A stretch of 30,506 nt of DNA. It comes from Candidatus Altarchaeum sp. (GTDB taxonomy: Archaea > Altiarchaeota > Altiarchaeia > Altiarchaeales > Altiarchaeaceae). A program made the translations under genes and the position numbers. The DNA is taken from assembly GCA_018260615.1 (NCBI GenBank), contig JAGWDQ010000068.1:31236-61741 (forward strand), in the 5' to 3' direction. Under the pieces are notes generated by a model. It saw nothing but the letters and a program-made list of their open reading frames with translations. It was not told the origin of the DNA and made no database searches. Below are positions 24,098 to 30,506 of this stretch, in pieces; within the stretch, counting starts at the first letter, position 1, and every line of letters begins with the position of its first letter.

Positions 24098-24907
24098 ATG
24101 GATGTTGAAGCACAACTAAAAAAGGACTATGTTCTTAATGTTATTAAAAACAACAAAAGAATAGATGAAAGGAAATTTGATGAATACAGAAAAATTTCAA
24201 TAAAGAGGGGCTTTGTTGAAGGAAAGGCCGAGGGTTCCGCTTATGTAAAAATCGGTGATACTGAGGTACTTGCAGGAGTAAAAATAGATGTCGGGAATCC
24301 GTTTCCGGATACGCCTGACGAAGGGGTTATAACCGTTGGTGCCGAATTCAGGCCCATTGCATCCCCTTCATTTTATTCAGGTCCGCCTACACCTGCAGCA
24401 ATAGAACTGGCAAGGGTTGTAGACAGAGGAATAAGAGAATCAAAATGTATAGCAACAAACCAATTGGTAGTACCAAATACAGAATCCGTTGATAGCAATG
24501 GAAAAACCACAAAAAAGGTCTGGATGGTAATTATAGATATTCATATAATAAATGATGCGGGAAATTTAATAGATGCAAGCGGAATTGCTGCAATGACCGC
24601 CTTACTTGATACAAAACTTCCGAAATACGAAGATGGAAAGATAATAAGAAATGAATTTATCGGAGGACTTCCGATTACAAAAGTTGCAATTCCGGTAACA
24701 TTTAGAAAGATTGATAATAAAATTTTACTTGACCTTAATTCGGATGAAGAAACGGCAATGAGTGCACGACTGACAGTTACAACAACAGATACAATAAACG
24801 CGATGCAAAAAGGAGGAACCGGAAAATGGACAATGGAAGAAATAAACCACTGTGTGGATATTGCATTTATTAAGGCAGAAGAAATCAGAAAGATTGTAGA
24901 GGCATAA
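24098..24907 (+). CDS. rrp42: Exosome complex component Rrp42
   Basis: RIDERKFDEYRKI, KAEGSAYVKIGDT, PFPDTPDEG, ELARVVDRGIRES and AGNLIDAS. Confidence 0.95.
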   Translation: MDVEAQLKKDYVLNVIKNNKRIDERKFDEYRKISIKRGFVEGKAEGSAYVKIGDTEVLAGVKIDVGNPFPDTPDEGVITVGAEFRPIASPSFYSGPPTPAAIELARVVDRGIRESKCIATNQLVVPNTESVDSNGKTTKKVWMVIIDIHIINDAGNLIDASGIAAMTALLDTKLPKYEDGKIIRNEFIGGLPITKVAIPVTFRKIDNKILLDLNSDEETAMSARLTVTTTDTINAMQKGGTGKWTMEEINHCVDIAFIKAEEIRKIVEA

Positions 24908-24991
24908 AACCTCTACTGCAATAATTTGCAAAATAATTTAATGACTTTAAATCCAAATATAAATCTAAGGTTGATTTATATAACTCTGAAA

Positions 24992-25261
24992 ATGAAAACC
25001 CAAATATCTCAATACCCGAGATTAGATGAGGTGTTAATAGTTGAAGAAATAATACGAGAACACAGCGGAGAGTTCAAAAAGAAGCAGTTATGGGAAAGTT
25101 TGCCGGAAAAAGTTTCATATCAGACATATTGTACAATAATTGATTATCTGTCGGAGTCACAAAAAATCGCTGTGGATAAAGAGAGAAAAATCGGATGGAC
25201 ATATTACCCGGAAAGTGTGAAAGAGCGGATTAAACATAAAAATTTGTTTTGGAGAAAATGA
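24992..25261 (+). CDS. Small winged-helix-like protein, probable antitoxin/regulator
   Basis: YPRLDEVLIVEEII...LWESLP...YQTYCTIIDYL...KIAVD pattern. Overlaps (ATGA) a downstream toxin-like fragment. ATG 24992 is preferred over the track's TTG at 24926. Confidence 0.6.
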   Translation: MKTQISQYPRLDEVLIVEEIIREHSGEFKKKQLWESLPEKVSYQTYCTIIDYLSESQKIAVDKERKIGWTYYPESVKERIKHKNLFWRK

Positions 25262-25368
25262 AGTTTCATTCAAGGATTCAATTCGCTGATGAAAAAGTAA
25301 AAAAGGCATTTGAATATCTTGAAAATGCGAAAGGTGATGAAAAACAATTAATTCGTTTAAATTTTTAA
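25258..25368 (+). pseudogene. Truncated RelE-like toxin N-terminus (MKFHSRIQFADEKVKKAFEYLENAKGDEKQLIRLNF)
   Basis: Translated by hand. It is translationally coupled to the upstream gene, resembles a RelE-type first strand/helix and stops after 36 aa. Confidence 0.45.
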
Positions 25369-25416
25369 AATGAAATTATACACTCGCTCCATTAGTGCAT
25401 TTCAAATAAATCCGAA

Positions 25417-26199
25417 ATGAAAAAAGTAAGAGCAATTGTTCTTTCGGGCTATGGAATTAACTGTGAGAATGAAACCGCTTATTGTCTGAAAAAATGTAAT
25501 GCCGATGCAGAAATCATGCATATAAACGACCTTTTAAATAAGACAAAATGCCTTATGAATTATCAAATATTAGTAATTCCCGGCGGATTTTCTTTTGGCG
25601 ATGACATTGCAAGCGGCAAGGTCTTGGCAAACAAGCTCAAATTTAAAACGGATGAAATTTATAAATTTATAGATGCTGGAAATTTAATAATAGGAATTTG
25701 TAATGGATTTCAGGTTCTGGTTAAATCCGGAATACTTCCCGGAACTGCTCACCATAAAACACAGGAAGCGACATTAACTTTTAACGATTCCGGAAAATTT
25801 GAGGACAGATGGGTTTATTTAAGAGTCAATGAAAAATCAAAATGTGTGTGGACAAAAAATTTACATAAGTTGTTTCTTCCGGTCAGGCACGGCGAGGGAA
25901 AATTTTCCTGTGAAAACAAAATTCTGGCGAAAATTAAAGAAAACGAACAAATTGTTATGCAATATGCGGATGAAAACGGAAATTTTGCGGACTATCCTCA
26001 CAATCCCAATGGCTCAATTGAAAATATCTCAGGAATTTGCGACAAGACAGGAAGGATTTTCGGACTGATGCCGCATCCGGAAGCATATAACTGCCCTGAA
26101 AATAACCCGTTGTGGAGATCCAAAAACAAGGGTGTTTTTCCGCTTGGAACTGAAATCTTCAGGAACGGAGTAAATTTTGCAGAGGAAAATTTAATATAA
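25417..26199 (+). CDS. purQ: Phosphoribosylformylglycinamidine synthase glutaminase subunit
   Basis: GYGINCE, IPGGFSFGD, GICNGFQVL, VRHGEG, NPNGS and GLMPHPE. Confidence 0.97.
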   Translation: MKKVRAIVLSGYGINCENETAYCLKKCNADAEIMHINDLLNKTKCLMNYQILVIPGGFSFGDDIASGKVLANKLKFKTDEIYKFIDAGNLIIGICNGFQVLVKSGILPGTAHHKTQEATLTFNDSGKFEDRWVYLRVNEKSKCVWTKNLHKLFLPVRHGEGKFSCENKILAKIKENEQIVMQYADENGNFADYPHNPNGSIENISGICDKTGRIFGLMPHPEAYNCPENNPLWRSKNKGVFPLGTEIFRNGVNFAEENLI

Positions 26200-26204
26200 A
26201 AGAT

Positions 26205-26702
26205 ATGAAATTCAGAAAACCCAACAGGAATGAAATAGGATTAATAGAGAACTGCGCGGCTCATTTTAAAGGACATTTTGAAACGGATAAATTTTCTCTG
26301 TTTGTTGATAAATTTAACAAGGTCTTTATCTACAATGGAACACCTGCAAATTTAAATTTGGCTGATTTGAGAATGTTATCTATCGGATTAAATATCGGGA
26401 AACCGGACAAAAATATATTTGTTCCCACCCGGGAATTTGCGGACTTAATTAATCCGGCCGATAATATTTTTGAGATTGAAAATCAGGAAGATGCGCTCAA
26501 TTTTATGAAGGGATGGGATATTTACTATGGCACAAAGGCGGAATCCGGTAAAGAGAGATATAAAATTTATACTGAAAAAAAAATAAATTTTGAAGAAAAT
26601 ACATTGCTCGTGATAATGTCTAAAGGTATGGTTTTAGGTATTGGAAAATTCATGACCGGAAAAATTATAAATAAAATTTCAAAAAGAGAAAAATTACACT
26701 AA
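26205..26702 (+). CDS. Hypothetical protein, possibly NIP7/PUA-like RNA-binding
   Basis: 165-aa ORF in operon-like spacing with purQ and nfo. A-x-x-F-x-x-G-x-D and VLGIGK C-terminal pattern resembles PUA-like domains. Confidence 0.55.
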   Translation: MKFRKPNRNEIGLIENCAAHFKGHFETDKFSLFVDKFNKVFIYNGTPANLNLADLRMLSIGLNIGKPDKNIFVPTREFADLINPADNIFEIENQEDALNFMKGWDIYYGTKAESGKERYKIYTEKKINFEENTLLVIMSKGMVLGIGKFMTGKIINKISKREKLH

Positions 26703-26706
26703 AGCA

Positions 26707-27543
26707 ATGGATGGTTTGTTATTCGGAACTGCCGGAATTCCGCTGAGCACCAAAAACAGAAATACGAGCAACGGAATAATAGAAGTCAGAAATTTAAATT
26801 TAGATGCGATGGAACTGGAATTTGTCAGAGGTGTAAATATAGATGGCAAAATTGCGAAGGATGTTAAAGAAATTTCAAAGAAAAATAATGTTGTGCTTAC
26901 CGCTCATTGTCCCTATTATATAAATTTAAACGCAGATAGCGAAGATAAAATAAACGCGAGTATTGAAAGGATTTTACAAACAGCACGGATAGCAAAGGAA
27001 TGCGGTATATGGAGTATTGTTTTTCATGCTGCATATTACATAAACGAAAATAAAGACAGGGCTTATGATAATGTCTTACGGGCATTAAAGAACACAGAAA
27101 AAATTTTAAAGGACGAAAGTAATGATATCTGGCTCAGACCCGAAACAACCGGAAAGAAAACACAATGGGGAAATCTTGAAGAAGTAATAAAAATTTCAGC
27201 CGAACTGGAAAATGTGCTTCCCTGTATTGATTTTTCACATATTCATGCGCGGGAAAACGGGAAATTTAATTCTTACTCTGAATTTTGCGAAATTTTAGAG
27301 ATGATAGAAAAAAATCTGGGAAAAGTCGCATTGCAACAGATGCACATACATGTTTCGGGAATTGCGTATGGTGGAAAGGGAGAAAAAAACCATTTGAATT
27401 TAGAGGATTCGGATTTTAAATATGAGGAACTGATTAAGGCGCTGAAGGAGTTCAATGCCAAAGGTGTTGTAATTTCCGAGAGTCCGAATATTGAAGAAGA
27501 TGCGATTAGAATGAAAATGGCTTATGAAGAAAGAGTATATTAA
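26707..27543 (+). CDS. nfo: Endonuclease IV (AP endonuclease 2 family)
   Basis: FGTAGIP, TAHCPYYINL, VFHAAYY, RPETTGK, CIDFSHIHAR, HIHVSGI, EKNH and ISESP. Confidence 0.93.
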   Translation: MDGLLFGTAGIPLSTKNRNTSNGIIEVRNLNLDAMELEFVRGVNIDGKIAKDVKEISKKNNVVLTAHCPYYINLNADSEDKINASIERILQTARIAKECGIWSIVFHAAYYINENKDRAYDNVLRALKNTEKILKDESNDIWLRPETTGKKTQWGNLEEVIKISAELENVLPCIDFSHIHARENGKFNSYSEFCEILEMIEKNLGKVALQQMHIHVSGIAYGGKGEKNHLNLEDSDFKYEELIKALKEFNAKGVVISESPNIEEDAIRMKMAYEERVY

Positions 27544-27896
27544 TGAATATAAGCTTCTCGTAAAAAAATACAGTACTTTAATACAGATATAACTGCACCG
27601 AGGGAACTCATACATAAAAGTAAAAGAAGAGCTCCGGCAATATTTTCAAGAAGATATTTTCCAATCAAAGGTTCTATAAAATATAATGACAATCCAGTTC
27701 CCACACACACGATGCAGATAATCCATGAAAGGAGCGATATTATCCACGCCCACTGTATATTGTTTATTTCGTTGTGCGAATGTATAACATCCTTACCGTA
27801 ACCTTCTAAAAATTTAAATATCTGTGCAAAAGGAAATTGCAGGAAACTTCCGACAATCGCAATCGCATATAAAGGTAATTGAATAGAAACTTCCAT
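27540..27896 (-). CDS. Hypothetical membrane protein
   Basis: 118-aa ORF with three hydrophobic segments, co-oriented with the upstream ORF. Confidence 0.6.
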   Translation of the reverse strand: MEVSIQLPLYAIAIVGSFLQFPFAQIFKFLEGYGKDVIHSHNEINNIQWAWIISLLSWIICIVCVGTGLSLYFIEPLIGKYLLENIAGALLLLLCMSSLGAVISVLKYCIFLREAYIH

Positions 27897-27909
27897 CTGA
27901 AATAACTTT

Positions 27910-28557
27910 TTAATTTTCTATCTTTGCTTCTTTTTTAAATTTTTCAATTTCTTCTTTCCTTGCTTTTTCGTATCTGTGATAATCTAATTCAACAAGTAAT
28001 TTGTCTGTTTCCGGGAAAATTTTTTCGTCTAAAGTAGTTCCTTCTTTCCATTCTTTATCAAATCTCTTTTTGAATTTTTTCTTCAAATACCAGGAACCGC
28101 GCAGATAATAGGTTATATTATCACCTCTGTGAAAGAATATTGCATTATCAAAAATTCGATAGTGAAAATGATTGGGGTGATAAGAAGTACCATCTTCTTT
28201 TAAACATGCTCCGTTTTTAATTACTTTTATTTCTGTTTTTCTTTCTCCTTTTTGGGAGAAATAAGATAAAAGAAGTGGTGAAGAGACAAAGGAATTATCC
28301 GTTCTTTTTCCGATACACACCATATCTTCAGCAATTATTTGCGCCCCTTTCTCTTCCATTGTCTTAACCAGATCTTCTCCGAAAAACGATGGAGGGGCTT
28401 CTCCACTTCTAAAATAACTTTTTGTCTTACAATATCTTATTGCACTTTTATCTGAGGGATCAGAAGTTCTAATAGGCAGGGATACTAACTGATAAATCAA
28501 AAAGAAAATCCCTCCGGATAGTGCAACCGCAACTAATATTACAAAAATAATATCCAT
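27910..28557 (-). CDS. Hypothetical protein with an N-terminal membrane anchor
   Basis: 215-aa ORF with a single N-terminal hydrophobic helix. Confidence 0.7.
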   Translation of the reverse strand: MDIIFVILVAVALSGGIFFLIYQLVSLPIRTSDPSDKSAIRYCKTKSYFRSGEAPPSFFGEDLVKTMEEKGAQIIAEDMVCIGKRTDNSFVSSPLLLSYFSQKGERKTEIKVIKNGACLKEDGTSYHPNHFHYRIFDNAIFFHRGDNITYYLRGSWYLKKKFKKRFDKEWKEGTTLDEKIFPETDKLLVELDYHRYEKARKEEIEKFKKEAKIEN

Positions 28558-28629
28558 TTATATTTTTAATTAAAATTTAAAAAAAAGAAAAATAAAGAAG
28601 GGGAAATAAAAATTTTAACCCCGTCTTTC

Positions 28630-30504
28630 TTAAATTTCTTCGTATCTCTTTACCTTTATCTTGTTTTCTTCTGCTTTCTTTGCTGTTTCATCATTAGCGG
28701 TTAATATGTCAACATTAAATTGTTTTGCTCTTGCAACATGCTCATCGCCGCATTCTTGCCGATATTTTTCGCCTTTTTCGTCTAAATCTGCAAATTCAAA
28801 TTTATTCTTTATTTTATCATCTGTGTCCATTCCCTGTATTTTATCATACATCTTTCTTGAGACATAAATTTTGCCGTATTTGTTTGCCATGTTTTCAAGT
28901 TGTCCTTCTTTAATTGCTTTATTTACGGATTCTTCGTCTGCATAAATTTTCTTCTTTCTCAATAAGAGGAAAAGCAAAAGTGCTATTAATACCAGTAATA
29001 GCAACAATATCCAGCAGGGCAATCCAAAGATATTACATTCCGGACATTTCTTACATTGTATTGTTCCTTCTTCACATCCGCATTTGCATTCCTTCGGACA
29101 GATAATTTCTGCTACTTCTTTAATTTTACCTGTTGCAATGTTTGAGTCCCCATAGCCCTTTTTACTTGCTGTTGCTGTAACATCTCCGGCAATTGCTGTT
29201 TCATTCGTGCAGACCTTTCCATTTGCATCCGAAATTAAAGATGTTTCTCCGCCTGGTGTTGTCAATTTAACATTTGCATCCTTAACATCATTTCCGTCCT
29301 GATCTTTAACATAACAACATAGTGTTTCATTTACATTAACTTGTGAATCGCATGTGATTACTAATTTTGGCATTACTATCGTTCCGGTTAATGTCTCGTT
29401 TTCATAGCAGTCCTTTGATGCAGTCAATGTATAACTTCCTTCTTTTTCTCCGACATTAAATATTACTTTTCCGTTATAGTCAGAGGTCTTTACCATGTTT
29501 CCATCAGGCAATGTGACAGTTACTTTTGCATCCTTAACTGCATTTCCGCTGTCATCTTTTATAATGTATGTTAGCGTTTCATTGATTTTTGCTTTTGTTA
29601 AGTCAGATGGTGTTATGTGAAGTTTTCCGTAAGTTGTCGTTATCGTCTTGCTGTATTCATCTCCACAGACGCCTTTTGGAATAGTTATTGTATAAATTCC
29701 GCATCCAAAGTCATAACAAATTTCACCGTTTGGATATGTGTGAACAATCACATCACTGTCATCTGGGAGTGTTAACAATATATCTGCTGCAACTGGTATG
29801 TTCTTTGTAGTGCTTGCTGTTAATTTTCCGTCCTGATAAGTGTTTGTTGTGCATTCTGTTTTGAAGCAGTGACTTCCGGGAGTTGTTGTATCAGGAATTG
29901 TTGTTGAAATTTGGTGAGTTGTTGTTACTTGTCCACTTGGAATTCCTCCATACGGCTGTGGAGCACATGTTGTGCAACCTCCACTACCACCTGTTACTCC
30001 TCCTACTAGAACGCATTGATGGTTTTGTGCTTGCTGTCCTGCGGGACAAACTAAATTTTCACAACTGTGTGTTGTTAGGTTGCAAGTTTGATTACCTAAA
30101 CATTCACTATTATTAAAGCAATATGAAACATTTCGTTGACATGTGTGATTTTGTGAGAAATATCCTGCTGCACATATTAAATTTTGGCAAGCCTGTGTTG
30201 TTAGGTTGCAGATTTGATTTGATAAACAACTGTTGTTATTAATACATCCGCCCGTCACATTCACCGTTGCTTCTGTACATCTCCATATTCCTGAAGCTTC
30301 ATTCTGAAGTGTAGCATAAACACAAGCTTTGTTAGTAGTATTTTCGCTAATAAAAGCAGTGCAATTACAATTCATTGACGCTCCTACTGCCAATGTTGTT
30401 GTATTTGGACAAGTAACATTAGAGCATTTATTATCTGTTATGCTTATATTTGTTAAATTAATACAGCCATTATTTGTTACATTGTAAGTATAGGTTACAT
30501 ATCC
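28630..30504 (-). CDS. Large Cys-rich surface protein, 5'-partial, with Ig-like domains, a TM helix and a cytoplasmic PIN-like domain
   Basis: The frame stays open past the track start to the window edge (GYVTYTYNVTNNGCINLTNISITDNKC..., DUF11-like). It continues with two Cys-rich repeats, a Gly/Thr linker, two KDxxGNxVKDAxVxxTxP Ig-like repeats, TM helix LLLLLVLIALLLFLLL and a ~105-aa cytoplasmic domain. Confidence 0.88.
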   Translation of the reverse strand, partial: GYVTYTYNVTNNGCINLTNISITDNKCSNVTCPNTTTLAVGASMNCNCTAFISENTTNKACVYATLQNEASGIWRCTEATVNVTGGCINNNSCLSNQICNLTTQACQNLICAAGYFSQNHTCQRNVSYCFNNSECLGNQTCNLTTHSCENLVCPAGQQAQNHQCVLVGGVTGGSGGCTTCAPQPYGGIPSGQVTTTHQISTTIPDTTTPGSHCFKTECTTNTYQDGKLTASTTKNIPVAADILLTLPDDSDVIVHTYPNGEICYDFGCGIYTITIPKGVCGDEYSKTITTTYGKLHITPSDLTKAKINETLTYIIKDDSGNAVKDAKVTVTLPDGNMVKTSDYNGKVIFNVGEKEGSYTLTASKDCYENETLTGTIVMPKLVITCDSQVNVNETLCCYVKDQDGNDVKDANVKLTTPGGETSLISDANGKVCTNETAIAGDVTATASKKGYGDSNIATGKIKEVAEIICPKECKCGCEEGTIQCKKCPECNIFGLPCWILLLLLVLIALLLFLLLRKKKIYADEESVNKAIKEGQLENMANKYGKIYVSRKMYDKIQGMDTDDKIKNKFEFADLDEKGEKYRQECGDEHVARAKQFNVDILTANDETAKKAEENKIKVKRYEEI

Positions 30505-30506
30505 TG

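Noticed and set aside
771-30116. Numerous short antisense or alternate-frame ORFs in the track (e.g. 771-1109, 6774-7169, 18494-18904, 20504-21076, 21433-21636, 29883-30116)
   Set aside because: They overlap well-supported genes or repeat elements and show no recognisable motifs, so they are treated as shadow ORFs.
1-30506. rRNA, other structured ncRNA, autonomous transposase or integrase
   Set aside because: No GC-rich non-coding island other than the two tRNAs, and no ORF with DDE, HUH or recombinase motifs.

Overview
A very AT-rich archaeal window. Cbf5, aRF1, exosome Rrp42, archaeal HMG-CoA synthase and archaeal-type PheT all point to Archaea. The composition, scrambled gene order and Cys-rich surface proteins suggest an Altiarchaeota/DPANN-like lineage (inference only). 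Housekeeping genes (hisG, pyrK, cbf5, HMG-CoA synthase, pheT, prf1, carA, nikR-znuC-znuB, rrp42, purQ, nfo) and a tRNA-Ser(GCT)/tRNA-Ala(GGC) pair are interleaved with accessory DNA. The most unusual signals are: (1) a duplicated DUF1016/YhcG N-terminal remnant carrying five 8-3-8 hairpin cassettes in three variants, whose stems differ by compensatory changes inside coding sequence; (2) a dispersed family of small non-coding elements, including a 98-bp MITE with a 12-bp TIR and an 8-bp ATTTATTC duplication that recurs at other copies, plus modular REP-like hairpin arrays that alter gene 5' ends; (3) a large surface protein with a cytoplasmic PIN-like tail; (4) a papain lipoprotein without a prodomain near a PepSY/serpin lipoprotein; (5) a PheT lacking its N-terminal editing half; (6) a tRNA-Ala with reciprocal A18/G55 elbow substitutions. 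Family assignments come from motif recognition by eye; no database searches were run.
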